64,000 bases of DNA from a virus: the IMG/VR virus record IMGVR_UViG_3300006880_000001, positions 32,001 through 96,000 of that record. One strand, given 5' to 3'. Positions 27,560-36,411 of the stretch are shown here, piece by piece; within the stretch, counting starts at the first letter, position 1; each line of letters starts with the position of its first letter. Made by a program: the position numbers and the translations under genes. Below the pieces are notes generated by a model. The model was given only the letters and a program-made list of their open reading frames with translations, had not been told where the DNA came from and did not search any database.

Positions 27560-28423
27560 CTACTCGTCGGTCGCGTACGTCTCGAAGGCGAAGGTCGCTC
27601 CGTCCGCCACGTTGTTGTAGTAGATCATCAGGTACTCGCCGAGGGCGGGGTTGATGACGAACCGCGACGTGGTGGTCGAGGCGACGGCGGCGGCAGAGGC
27701 CACGGTAGCCTCGCGCATGTTGAAGAAGTTGTCGATGAGCCCGACACGGACGTCCGCCGCCGCGCTGCCCTTCGTGTAGACGATGATCGTCCGCCGGCCA
27801 GAGACTGGGAACTGCGCGGCCAGCTTCTCGACGCCGGCGCCAGCGCCAGCAGTCGTCACCTGGCCGGTCTGGTAGAGCGGGAACCGCGACGTGGGGATGA
27901 TGGGCGGCGGGGCGCCCAGGTAGGCGTAGAGGTGTAGGAGCGGGGCGTTGTACGCCGCGTTGGGGACCGTGGTCCCGAACGTCGCCGTTGACCCGTCCGC
28001 CTTCACGTACGTGTTCCCGAACTGGAAGAGCTCTTCGGTGAGCGTTCCGGCGAAGGTCGTAATGACCAACGACGACGTCGTGTTGAAGACGGCGGTCGGG
28101 ACCACGTTCTGAGTCGCCGGTTGCGAGAAGGCCAGTGGCGCCTTCACGGAGACGCGGCGAGCGAAGTCCCAGAGGCTTGCGCTCGGGACCAGCTTCTGCA
28201 GCGAGTACGACACCCAGACGCGGTCGACAGTGCTGCGGGGGCCGATGGCGAGGCCGCCCAACGCCGGCATGGCCTTGGAGTTGATGGGTGGGAAGACGAG
28301 GTTCGTGCCGTCCGGGTCGTTCGCGACGACCGTATCGCCCCAACGGGCGATGAGGATCTCGAAGACGTTGTTCCTCTGCGCGAGGACGTCATCGACGGAG
28401 ATGGCGCTGTTGATCCAGACCAT
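27560..28423 (-). CDS. putative structural (penton/minor capsid-like) protein
   Basis: Beta-rich, in capsid operon; start MVWINSAIS. Confidence 0.55.
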   Translation of the reverse strand: MVWINSAISVDDVLAQRNNVFEILIARWGDTVVANDPDGTNLVFPPINSKAMPALGGLAIGPRSTVDRVWVSYSLQKLVPSASLWDFARRVSVKAPLAFSQPATQNVVPTAVFNTTSSLVITTFAGTLTEELFQFGNTYVKADGSTATFGTTVPNAAYNAPLLHLYAYLGAPPPIIPTSRFPLYQTGQVTTAGAGAGVEKLAAQFPVSGRRTIIVYTKGSAAADVRVGLIDNFFNMREATVASAAAVASTTTSRFVINPALGEYLMIYYNNVADGATFAFETYATDE

Positions 28424-28427
28424 AGGC

Positions 28428-28757
28428 TCAGCCTCCGATTGCGGTCGGCCACGCCTCCGAGATTGCGACGGAGATGAGTCCGATCGCACCGGACCCCGCC
28501 GCGTGGCAGCCCTGCTCGGGCGCCAAGACGAAGGTCGCCTCGGAGTTGGGCGGGATCAGGAACGTCGCTTGGGTGTTGCTCGCGATGTTGACGTCCTGTG
28601 CTGTGTGGGCGAAGAAGATGTTGACCGGACCGACGTTCCGAACGACGACGCGGATCGGTACCTTCGACGCGTAGGTGATGACCGCCGGCGCGCCGACGCC
28701 GAGGTTGGGGACGGTCATGGTCTTGACCGTCGACGGTTGCATGGCGCGGGGAGACAT
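28428..28757 (-). CDS. small beta-rich structural protein
   Basis: GGAGG RBS; VVVRNVGPVNIFF strand pattern. Confidence 0.6.
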   Translation of the reverse strand: MSPRAMQPSTVKTMTVPNLGVGAPAVITYASKVPIRVVVRNVGPVNIFFAHTAQDVNIASNTQATFLIPPNSEATFVLAPEQGCHAAGSGAIGLISVAISEAWPTAIGG

Positions 28758-28774
28758 GGTCGTCCTCCCCCGGC

Positions 28775-29287
28775 TCAGCGCGCCTCGGACGGCGGCGCGA
28801 CCGTGACGTGGAAGCCCTGGAAGGTGAGCTCGATCCGGAGGTTGGCCACCACGGGGTTGAACGCCACCGCCGGCACCGCGAGCGTGTCGACTGAGATGAT
28901 GAGCTGCTCGGCCTTCTTCAGGTAGAGCGGCTCAGCGAGCTCCCAGGTCGCCTCCGACTGGCCCTTGATCAGGGTGTGGAGGAGGGTCGGGGCGCGGGTC
29001 CACAGGTGATCCTTCGAGACGTCCTGGATGCGCACGCGCACGAAGCGCAAGAGGATGTCGAAGACCGAAGACGGCTGGATGGCCAGGATGACGTTGTTGG
29101 CATCGAGGCCGGTCACCCGTGGGATCATCCGATGGATCTCGAACGGGCGATCGAAGGAGTTCAGGAACGTCGCGTCGGGGAACTGAACGCCTGAGGCCGA
29201 GAAGGGGACGATGAGCTCGCCCGGGATCGAGAACGGCTCGCGGAAGGTGATGTTGAGACCAGCGAACGTGCTTGGCAGGCGACCCAT
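28775..29287 (-). CDS. putative second/minor jelly-roll capsid protein
   Basis: 170 aa directly after MCP; FEIHRM, LAEPLYL, IELTFQGF mirror MCP strand motifs. Confidence 0.55.
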   Translation of the reverse strand: MGRLPSTFAGLNITFREPFSIPGELIVPFSASGVQFPDATFLNSFDRPFEIHRMIPRVTGLDANNVILAIQPSSVFDILLRFVRVRIQDVSKDHLWTRAPTLLHTLIKGQSEATWELAEPLYLKKAEQLIISVDTLAVPAVAFNPVVANLRIELTFQGFHVTVAPPSEAR

Positions 29288-29356
29288 GGAAGAGCTCCCG
29301 ATCGTCGAGGGGTTTGGACTTGATTCCCCGACGTCAAGGCCATCCTACCAGACGAC

Positions 29357-29372
29357 GATCGAACCTGCGATC
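29357..29372. promoter_or_regulatory. class B motif
   Basis: GATCGAACCTGCGATC; TGGTAGGAT follows on minus strand. Confidence 0.8.
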
Positions 29373-29415
29373 AAAAGGCCAAGGGCCCGTCGGCACTTCG
29401 CCGTACGGGCCCTTT
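29373..29415 (-). terminator. intrinsic terminator after MCP
   Basis: AAGGGCCCGT...ACGGGCCCTT stem, TTTT on minus strand. Confidence 0.7.
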
Positions 29416-29451
29416 GGGGGATAGCCAGGCGCCGTCGAGGGCGCCGTCCGA

Positions 29452-30144
29452 TCAGGTGATCGGGCGCTGGATCAGGCCGACGAGGCGGACGACGAAGTCC
29501 GCGAAGCCGAGCACCGCACCACCGTCCGAGGCCGCCTGCGCGATCGCGAGGGCGGTTTCCGGCTGGAACTGCATCTTGTACGAGATGCCGTCGCGCAGGT
29601 AGATCGGCAGCACCAGCGACGCGCGGTCACGCGGGCTGGGGATGCCGTTCTGCGCGAGCTCGATGTTCGCCGCCGTCGTGAACAGCGAGTAGCCCGACCC
29701 CTGCGGGTAGTACTCGAGCTGTCCGGTGGTGAACTCCTTGTTGTTGTACTCGAACCGCAGCGCGGTCACGCGGTTGATGTTGAACAGCGTGCGGAGCGTC
29801 GGCGGGTCCGAGAAGTCGCCGAGGACCGGCTGGGCGCCGGCAGCGCGGCAGACGCGGTTGCAGCGCACGCAGATCGCGTACACGAGCATCGCGTAGCCCT
29901 GCGGCAGGCCGGAGTCGCCGGCGCGCGGCACGTTCGTGTCGACGCGCGACATCGGGCGAGTACCGCCGGGGATCGGCTGCGAGCGGCCGACCGCGAAGGC
30001 CTCGACCTGCGCCTGCTGCGCGTTCGACAGCTGGACGGCCGAGAAGTAGCTGTCGTCGATCCAGTCACGGAGGGAGATCACGGTCCCGTCCGAGAGCTTG
30101 ACCGTGGTCGTTCCTGGGGATACACCAACAGTTCCCTGCGACAT
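29452..30144 (-). CDS. putative major capsid protein, single jelly-roll type
   Basis: 230 aa beta-rich; DTN...GLP and terminal LxG..RP pattern; AGGAG RBS, strong codon bias, own terminator, centre of structural module. Confidence 0.65.
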   Translation of the reverse strand: MSQGTVGVSPGTTTVKLSDGTVISLRDWIDDSYFSAVQLSNAQQAQVEAFAVGRSQPIPGGTRPMSRVDTNVPRAGDSGLPQGYAMLVYAICVRCNRVCRAAGAQPVLGDFSDPPTLRTLFNINRVTALRFEYNNKEFTTGQLEYYPQGSGYSLFTTAANIELAQNGIPSPRDRASLVLPIYLRDGISYKMQFQPETALAIAQAASDGGAVLGFADFVVRLVGLIQRPIT

Positions 30145-30233
30145 TGTCTTTTCTCCTGAGAGGGTGAGGACTTGCAGCCCTATCGGGGAGGGCGGACCTC
30201 CCTAGCGCAGGGCTTGGTGGACGTGGGTCGGGA

Positions 30234-30815
30234 TCAGCCCCAGATCGTGCCGCCGTACGCGCCGGCGAGGTTCGACGTCTGGGGGCCGCCGAGCAGGTTG
30301 ACCTGATCCGACTGCGCGGACTGGCCGAGCAGATCGACCGGCGGCGACTCCGACAGCGACGCACCGGCGATCGAGCCGCCGTTGATCATGCCGTAGGCCG
30401 GCGACTGCGGAGTCGCGGCGGGCAGACCCATGGCGCCGTTCAGGTAGTCGACCTGGGGCAGGCCGAAGCCGTTCAGGTAGTCGACCTGGGGCAGGCCGAG
30501 GGCCGCGGAGCCCATCAGGTGGCGCTCGACGAAACGCACGCCGGCCGAGACGAGGAGACCGAGACCGGCCATGACGCCGGCGCGGCGGGTCGAGGGCATC
30601 GCCCACAGCCCCAGCGCAGCGGCCGCGCCGACGCCGAAGCCGACGTCGTCGCTCTTCATGTACCAGCTCGATCCCTTGTCCGTCGCCATGCGGACGAGGG
30701 CGCTCACGATGGCGGGCGCGCCGGCGCCGATGAAGGCGCCGTACAGGGGAGGCAGGCCCTCGGGCTCGCCGAACTCGTTGAGGCCAAGCAGGTTGACCTC
30801 GCTCAGGTGCTTCAT
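30234..30815 (-). CDS. virion membrane protein with many LxG motifs
   Basis: Start MKHLSEVNLLG with GGAG RBS; 3 hydrophobic segments; GLPQVDYLNG twice. Confidence 0.75.
   Translation of the reverse strand: MKHLSEVNLLGLNEFGEPEGLPPLYGAFIGAGAPAIVSALVRMATDKGSSWYMKSDDVGFGVGAAAALGLWAMPSTRRAGVMAGLGLLVSAGVRFVERHLMGSAALGLPQVDYLNGFGLPQVDYLNGAMGLPAATPQSPAYGMINGGSIAGASLSESPPVDLLGQSAQSDQVNLLGGPQTSNLAGAYGGTIWG
30435..30499 (-). repeat. tandem repeat, about 33-bp unit, encoding GLPQVDYLNG x2
   Basis: GCCGTTCAGGTAGTCGACCTGGGGCAGGCCGA occurs twice. Confidence 0.85.
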
Positions 30816-30855
30816 CTGTCGTCTCCTCTGGTGAAGGTCACGTGTGGCCTCGGGT

Positions 30856-31065
30856 TCAGCGGGCGCACTTGGCAGCGCCTCCCTTTTGGAAGGCCCATCC
30901 GGTCTTGACGCGCTTGTCGGGGCAGAGTCGCCCCCAGCGCTTGGTTCGGCTGTTGTAGATGCAGCGGCAGCCGTCGGCATCGACGGCGGCACCGTCATCG
31001 CCCAGCCCCGCACCGCGGCGCTTCTTGCCGCGGCGGGGACCGTCGAGTGTGATCACGCTCGGCAT
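30856..31065 (-). CDS. small basic Cys protein
   Basis: MPSVITLDGPRRGKKRRGAGLGDDG...KCAR; coupled to upstream stop. Confidence 0.65.
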   Translation of the reverse strand: MPSVITLDGPRRGKKRRGAGLGDDGAAVDADGCRCIYNSRTKRWGRLCPDKRVKTGWAFQKGGAAKCAR

Positions 31066-31787
31066 CAGTGCTCCTCGCCCTCGTCGGGCAGCGGTGGCGG
31101 CGAAGGGGCTTGCGGCATGTTGGCCGCCGACTCGCGCATCGGGTTGACGAACTGGCGCCAGCCGCGCTGGTCGGCAGCCTCCTCGACGATCGCGGGGAGC
31201 CCGGCGGTCCACTGCTGGCCGACCGGGACTGCGTAGGCGCCGTGCTGCTCGGCGGTGATGATGGGCGTCGAGGTCGGCGGATGCATCGCCGCCGCGGTCG
31301 TCTTGCCGACGATGTTCATGGCGGCGGTCATGACCGGTTGCATCGGCGGTCGGCCCCAGGCGTAGCCGTGGACGTTGCGCAGCGTACCCGGCTGGAACGG
31401 CGCCGCGGCTTGAGGCGGGGTCGACGGCGAGGTGGCGACCGGCGTCGCCGCGGTCGTCGCGACGAGCGCCGCCGCGCGCTGGATGCGGCGCTTGAGGAAC
31501 CAGCCCCGGACGCGATCCACGAGGCGTGGCTTCCCGGCGCTGAAGCCGTAGTAGTACGGGAGCGGTGCGTAGCCGAGCCCGTTCACCGGCGGCGAAGTCG
31601 GCGGCGACACCACTGCAGTCGTGGCCGGCGCCGCGCTCGTGATCTCGATGCCGAACTGCGGCGCAGCGGTGAACTGCCAGGCGACGTTCATCGCCGCCTG
31701 GACCGGATGGTAGCCCGGAATCGGCTGGCGGACATTCGTCCACGACGTCACATCGGGGCGAACGTACGCGAACGGTGCCTTCTTCAT
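31065..31787 (-). CDS. Pro/Ala/Thr-rich virion-type protein
   Basis: Leaderless start MKKAPFAYV; NGLG motif. Confidence 0.6.
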   Translation of the reverse strand: MKKAPFAYVRPDVTSWTNVRQPIPGYHPVQAAMNVAWQFTAAPQFGIEITSAAPATTAVVSPPTSPPVNGLGYAPLPYYYGFSAGKPRLVDRVRGWFLKRRIQRAAALVATTAATPVATSPSTPPQAAAPFQPGTLRNVHGYAWGRPPMQPVMTAAMNIVGKTTAAAMHPPTSTPIITAEQHGAYAVPVGQQWTAGLPAIVEEAADQRGWRQFVNPMRESAANMPQAPSPPPLPDEGEEH

Positions 31788-31805
31788 AGTGTCGACGGTA
31801 GCGTG

Positions 31806-31821
31806 GATCGAACCTGCGATC
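31806..31821. promoter_or_regulatory. class B motif
   Basis: GATCGAACCTGCGATC; TACCGT-N7-ATG on minus strand. Confidence 0.8.
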
Positions 31822-31913
31822 AACTGCCAAACATCGGAGATCCCACGCGTCGCGGGCGGTGCTCTCCGTTTTCGTGGGTGCGCATGGTCGACGAAGCGAG
31901 GTCGGGGCAGCGC

Positions 31914-32195
31914 TTATCGGCGCTTGCGCTTGTGCAGAAGGGCGTACGCGACCAGCGCGGCGATGCCGACACCACCGGCGATCTTGAGCGCGGGCCAGCG
32001 ATCGGTGATCGCGCCCAGGCCCGCTCGAACCGGATCGAGCATGTCGAACATCGGGAAGCCGAGGTTCGACCGTGCGCAGCCTGGGCAGCCGAGGTACTGC
32101 TGCTGCGTCGGAGGCCGCGTCGGAACGTTCGGGTTGAGCAGCGGGTTGATCCGCGGGTCCGCCGAGAACTGGTAGCTGGGGATGAGACCGAGCAT
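31914..32195 (-). CDS. small membrane protein
   Basis: MLGL..YLGCPGC..NLG..AGLG; TM + KRKRR. Confidence 0.7.
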   Translation of the reverse strand: MLGLIPSYQFSADPRINPLLNPNVPTRPPTQQQYLGCPGCARSNLGFPMFDMLDPVRAGLGAITDRWPALKIAGGVGIAALVAYALLHKRKRR

Positions 32196-32197
32196 GA

Positions 32198-32965
32198 TCA
32201 ACTCCTCTGCTTTTTCTTCTTGGCGATGATGGCGAGAACGAGGACCCCGAAGACCGCGACGAAGCCGACGCCGGCGTACGGAGCCCACGGGGGGTAAGGC
32301 GAGGGCGGAGGCGGCGGGGGTAGTGGCGTCGACGCCGCGGCTGGCGCCGTCGTAGCGCACATGCCCTGTGCGACGGCGATGCCTTGCTGCGCCGACGCGG
32401 CTGCGCCGGCGCCTCCCTTGGCACCGGCCGCAACAGTTGCCGCGGTCGTGGCAGTCGAGTTGCCGACGAGCTTGCAGCCAGCGTCCTGAACGCCGTTGAC
32501 GGTCTTCCGTACCATGCGCGTCGTCCAGCTCGCGACGTCGCTGCCGGTCTGGCGGGCCTCACGGGAGACGACGCGGGCGACCGGTCGCGTGACCCTCTTG
32601 ACCTGGCGGCCGACGAAGTCGGTCCACCCGCCGAGCTCGCCTGGCGCGAAGTAGCTACCGAGCCCGCGCAGGAAGTAGCTACCGAGCGCGCCGCTGAGGC
32701 TGCGCTGGGCCTTCCCGAGACGGACGAGCTCCTTCACGATGCCGCTGGCGATCTCCGATCCAAGGGCCGCCTCGAGCGCGTCCTCGGCCGGAAGGCCCAT
32801 GCGCTGGAACCTCCGTGAGGTTGAGGCCGTCCGATCCGGGAGCGTGGGATCGATCGCGCTGAGGACGTTTTGCATGACCTCCGGGCGCAGCTGGACGGGA
32901 ACCTCCTTGAGGTCGTTCAGGATGCGCCGCGCGCTCTCGAGACCGGTTTGGAGGATCGGATCCAC
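32198..32965 (-). CDS. membrane-anchored virion protein
   Basis: LSGALGSYFLRGLGSYFAPGELGG; poly-Pro, TM, KKKK. Confidence 0.75.
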   Translation of the reverse strand: MDPILQTGLESARRILNDLKEVPVQLRPEVMQNVLSAIDPTLPDRTASTSRRFQRMGLPAEDALEAALGSEIASGIVKELVRLGKAQRSLSGALGSYFLRGLGSYFAPGELGGWTDFVGRQVKRVTRPVARVVSREARQTGSDVASWTTRMVRKTVNGVQDAGCKLVGNSTATTAATVAAGAKGGAGAAASAQQGIAVAQGMCATTAPAAASTPLPPPPPPSPYPPWAPYAGVGFVAVFGVLVLAIIAKKKKQRS

Positions 32966-32969
32966 GAGA

Positions 32970-33284
32970 TCAGCGCCCCTTCATCGGCTTTCCGAAGCCC
33001 TGTGCGAGCATGAGCGCCGTCGGCAGAACGGGGATCGATCCGCCGAAGATCCACCAGCCGAGGCCCCAGAGCAGCGACTCGTGGTGGCGCTTGTATCCGT
33101 GGTAGGCTGCGAAGCCGCCCTGGAGGGTGTTCGCGAGCAGCAGCGCCACCTGGTAGGCCTTGGCCGCGGCGGGGTCGACCGCTGCAAGCTCACCCAACGC
33201 GCCGGCGATGGTGTGGTCGTCCATCTGTCGGTACTGGGCGAGCGCCGGATACATGCTCTGGCCGCGCATCTTGTAGCTGGGCAT
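32970..33284 (-). CDS. small membrane protein
   Basis: IAGALG; AYHGYKR..S..WGLGW; AQGFGKP. Confidence 0.75.
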   Translation of the reverse strand: MPSYKMRGQSMYPALAQYRQMDDHTIAGALGELAAVDPAAAKAYQVALLLANTLQGGFAAYHGYKRHHESLLWGLGWWIFGGSIPVLPTALMLAQGFGKPMKGR

Positions 33285-33295
33285 GGGGAGCTCCT

Positions 33296-34060
33296 TCAGG
33301 CGGGGACGTCGACCGGCTTGTCGAACGAGACGCCGGCGGTCTTGATCAGGAAGTCGAGGTGGCGCGCGTACGGCGCCTCATCGGCGAAGCGGCTGTTCGG
33401 CAGGGTGGTGTCCGCTGCGATCCACCGCTTCGGCGACAGCTTCGGCAGCCCCGCGACGACGTAGATGTGGCCCCAGTCCTGGCCGCGGACGCGCGTGACG
33501 CGTAGGCGGGGCTCGATCTGGTTCAAGGCCAGAAGGGTGGCGACGAGCGCGTTGTGATCGTCGCAGTCGCCGCCCTTGAACTCCCAGGTCCGCCACGGGC
33601 TCTGGTAGTAGTCGATCGCCTCGACCGAGCCGTCGGGGAACTTGATCGGCGCGACGTCGCCGGTGTAGCGGACGCGGCCCTTGACCGCGTCGTAGATGGA
33701 GCGCGCCTCGCAGTCACCGTCTCGCGCCGGGCACGAGTAGGTGAGCTGCAGCGCGAGCTTGCGCATCCGTGGGTCGTGGACGCCCTTCCACACACGATCC
33801 TGGATCAGGCGGACACGCTGGTCGATCGGCAGGAACGCCTGCCGGTAGTGCGCCAGCGTCATGTCACCGATCGTCTGCTGAAAGGCCATCCTGGGCCGAC
33901 GGGCGACGTGGGTCACGGTCTCGCCGCGACCGGCCAATCCCTTCCGCCCGCGGGCACCCGCGATCGGCCGCCGGCTGTACCAGCTGGCGGCGACGCCGAT
34001 GCCCAAGGCCGCGGCGGCAACCCCGGTTCCGAGGAGGAGGTACTTCTGCCAGTCCCGCAT
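33296..34060 (-). CDS. transglutaminase-like cysteine enzyme (candidate maturation protease), N-terminal TM
   Basis: GDCDDH, HIY and AADTT catalytic triad; VRYTGD; start MRDWQKYLLLG. Confidence 0.85.
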   Translation of the reverse strand: MRDWQKYLLLGTGVAAAALGIGVAASWYSRRPIAGARGRKGLAGRGETVTHVARRPRMAFQQTIGDMTLAHYRQAFLPIDQRVRLIQDRVWKGVHDPRMRKLALQLTYSCPARDGDCEARSIYDAVKGRVRYTGDVAPIKFPDGSVEAIDYYQSPWRTWEFKGGDCDDHNALVATLLALNQIEPRLRVTRVRGQDWGHIYVVAGLPKLSPKRWIAADTTLPNSRFADEAPYARHLDFLIKTAGVSFDKPVDVPA

Positions 34061-34097
34061 CGTGGTCGATGGTACACGGACCCCCCGAACTTCGCTA

Positions 34098-34113
34098 GAT
34101 CGCACCTTCGATC
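34098..34113. promoter_or_regulatory. class B motif between divergent structural operons
   Basis: GATCGCACCTTCGATC; TGGTAGAGT-N6-ATG34132. Confidence 0.85.
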
Positions 34114-34131
34114 GACTGGTAGAGTGGGGCC

Positions 34132-34680
34132 ATGTCGCTCGGCATGATCACGGTTCCCGGTCTCGGCAACATCGCGTACACGGGGGCCTCGCGCCAGGAC
34201 ATGTCCCTCCTCGGCGCGTTCGGCGCGGACGTACCGGACCCCAACGTCAAGGCGTTGCAGGAGTCGCTGATCAAGCTCACCGTGTACGTTCCGACGGCGA
34301 ACCCCGGCGCCGCCACCGGCATCCTCGACGCCACCACCATCCAAGCGGTCGCCGCGGTCATCCCGACCCTGACCCGCTACCTGTCGAAGGACGTTGCGAC
34401 GGTCATCCAGTTCGCCTTGCTCGGTGCCGGTCTCTCCGAGACCGCCATGAACAAGGCGAAGCCCTACGTGAAGCAGTACGCTCGGGTCATCAAGACGGCC
34501 GTCGACGCCCTCTACATCGAGAAGTCGTCGAAACCCCCGGCGCCAGGGACCACCTCGACGCCGTACTACCAGCCGCAGACGTACGCGACCAAACCCTGGT
34601 ACACGACCGGCGTCGGTATCGCGGCACTGGCGGTCGGAAGCCTTCTTCTCCTCGGCGGCCTCTACGTCGCGGTGAAGTGA
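34132..34680 (+). CDS. membrane-anchored virion protein
   Basis: MSLG..PGLG..SLLGAFG; VKALQESL..TGILDATT; C-terminal TM. Confidence 0.7.
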   Translation: MSLGMITVPGLGNIAYTGASRQDMSLLGAFGADVPDPNVKALQESLIKLTVYVPTANPGAATGILDATTIQAVAAVIPTLTRYLSKDVATVIQFALLGAGLSETAMNKAKPYVKQYARVIKTAVDALYIEKSSKPPAPGTTSTPYYQPQTYATKPWYTTGVGIAALAVGSLLLLGGLYVAVK

Positions 34681-34689
34681 GAGGTCCTC

Positions 34690-34854
34690 ATGCTCCCGAA
34701 CATGTTCTTCCCCGGAAGGGGCTTCCCGCCGACGCCGCCACCACCCAACCCCGAGCAGATCCAGCGGCGCTCCACCACGCTCACCATCGGCATCACCGCC
34801 GGGGTGGCAGTCCTTGCCGCGATCGGCGCGGCGTTCTTCCTCCGCCGTCGATGA
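34690..34854 (+). CDS. 54-aa membrane protein (not in ORF track)
   Basis: GAGG RBS; MLPNMFF...TM + RRR. Confidence 0.65.
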   Translation: MLPNMFFPGRGFPPTPPPPNPEQIQRRSTTLTIGITAGVAVLAAIGAAFFLRRR

Positions 34855-34863
34855 GGTGATGAA

Positions 34864-35385
34864 ATGGGTATTCGCGACGACCTGATGGCTCTCTTCAAGC
34901 TCATTCCGGGCGGCGGTACCGCAGCCCAGAAGATGACCGACTTCGAGGAGCTGATCAAAGCCAAGGCCCGCGAGGGCGCCGAGCAGGCGATCCCGACGAT
35001 CAAGGCACAGGTCGCCCAGCAGGTGACGCCGTACATCGCGGTGGCCCTCGCACTCGGTGCCATCGGCGCCGTCACCGGCGTCGCCGCCGTGGCGAAGACT
35101 CGCCGTCGCAGCCTCAGCGGCTTCGGGCACAGCGCTGGCGATCACCACGACCGCATGCACACCTCGCTACGGGCGGTGAGCCGCCACGCCAGCACCGCCG
35201 AGGAGGCCGCCTTCAGTCGCCAGTGCAAGCGATCGCTCGCCAACCTCCTGGCGGCGGAACGCGGGCACGGCGAGGCCGACGCCGAGAGCTCGGGGGCTGG
35301 GGAGACGCACAGCCCGGCGCTCCGCGCCCTCGACCGCGCGACCTCGTCCGCGCAGCGCCAGTTCGTCAAGCACTGCCTGAAGTAG
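34864..35385 (+). CDS. membrane protein with two-Cys helical domain after LSG
   Basis: TM, RRRSLSGFG, RQCKRSL...VKHCLK. Confidence 0.7.
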   Translation: MGIRDDLMALFKLIPGGGTAAQKMTDFEELIKAKAREGAEQAIPTIKAQVAQQVTPYIAVALALGAIGAVTGVAAVAKTRRRSLSGFGHSAGDHHDRMHTSLRAVSRHASTAEEAAFSRQCKRSLANLLAAERGHGEADAESSGAGETHSPALRALDRATSSAQRQFVKHCLK

Positions 35386-35428
35386 GCGGCCGTCGACAGC
35401 CGGCGGCGCCTGATGGTACGCTGCCAGC

Positions 35429-35791
35429 ATGCCTGGCCACGTCGGCGTCTCGCCCGGTACGACCACGCTTCTCCTCGCCGGGCCGTGCTTCCCGATGGGC
35501 GAGGACAAGCCCGACGGTGGCGTCTGGCCGTGGCGCCACAACTGCCCTCAGTGCGCGAAGCCGGCAGCCCCGGCTGCGGCGGCACCGAAGGCGGCGCCGG
35601 CCGCGCCCCCTCCGATCGAGAACCGTCAGCTGTCGGTCTACTGGCCGTACGCACGGGACCAACAGCTCAGAGCCCCACAGCTCCTCGGCGCCGACGGATC
35701 GGCGCAGCACCAGGTCGGGATGGTCGTTGGGTTCCTCGCTGGCCTCGGGGGCGTCCTGCTGCTCGCGGCGAAGATGAAGAAGGGACGCTGA
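35429..35791 (+). CDS. small membrane protein
   Basis: TGGTACGCT-N6-ATG; CPQC; QLLG before TM. Confidence 0.65.
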   Translation: MPGHVGVSPGTTTLLLAGPCFPMGEDKPDGGVWPWRHNCPQCAKPAAPAAAAPKAAPAAPPPIENRQLSVYWPYARDQQLRAPQLLGADGSAQHQVGMVVGFLAGLGGVLLLAAKMKKGR

Positions 35792-36378
35792 TGCGCGACA
35801 TCACCACCATCCTCGGCGCCGCCAACGGCCTGGGCCTTGTCCTCTCCCCCTGGGGCAACCTCCCGAACGGAGGGTCGCCGTGGGAGGTCGAGATGCTCTA
35901 CCCGGTCCCGGAGCCCCTCAAGCCCTACGACGCCATGTACAACACGCGCGGCGAGGCAGGCTTCTACCACGACTCGCCGATGGGTGGTGCGGGGCTCGGC
36001 TACATCCCGACCAACATCCAGGTCTCGAGCCAGGCCTGCTACGTCCCCTTCCAGAACGCGCCGATCACCACCGCCGAGGTCTTCTGGCCGACCTCGTGGG
36101 TGCCGCCGAACGGGTGGTCGCCGGCGGGTGGTTACGGCCCTCAGCCCACGTGGCGGAAGCGGGGTCTCGGCGAGACGGCGGCCGAAGCTGCGGTCGAAGA
36201 CGCCGCGCGCCACCAGCGCAAGGTGTTCATCCTCCAGGTCCTCACGACCACCGCCGTCGTCGCCGTGTCCGCGCTGAACTTCTACCGCGGCATCAAGGAG
36301 GAGGCGGTGAAGCGGCGGGTGGCGAGCGCGAGCGGAACCGCGGGGATCGGGCGCGCCCGGTCTCGGCGTCGGCGTTGA
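35791..36378 (+). CDS. membrane protein, GLG motifs + poly-Arg
   Basis: MRDITTILGAANGLG...AGLG...RGLG...TM...AGIGRARSRRRR. Confidence 0.7.
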   Translation: MRDITTILGAANGLGLVLSPWGNLPNGGSPWEVEMLYPVPEPLKPYDAMYNTRGEAGFYHDSPMGGAGLGYIPTNIQVSSQACYVPFQNAPITTAEVFWPTSWVPPNGWSPAGGYGPQPTWRKRGLGETAAEAAVEDAARHQRKVFILQVLTTTAVVAVSALNFYRGIKEEAVKRRVASASGTAGIGRARSRRRR

Positions 36379-36379
36379 G

Positions 36380-36395
36380 GATCCCAGGTTCGATC
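36380..36395. promoter_or_regulatory. class B motif
   Basis: GATCCCAGGTTCGATC then TGGTAGCCT-N7-ATG. Confidence 0.75.
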
Positions 36396-36411
36396 TGGTA
36401 GCCTGGGAGGC

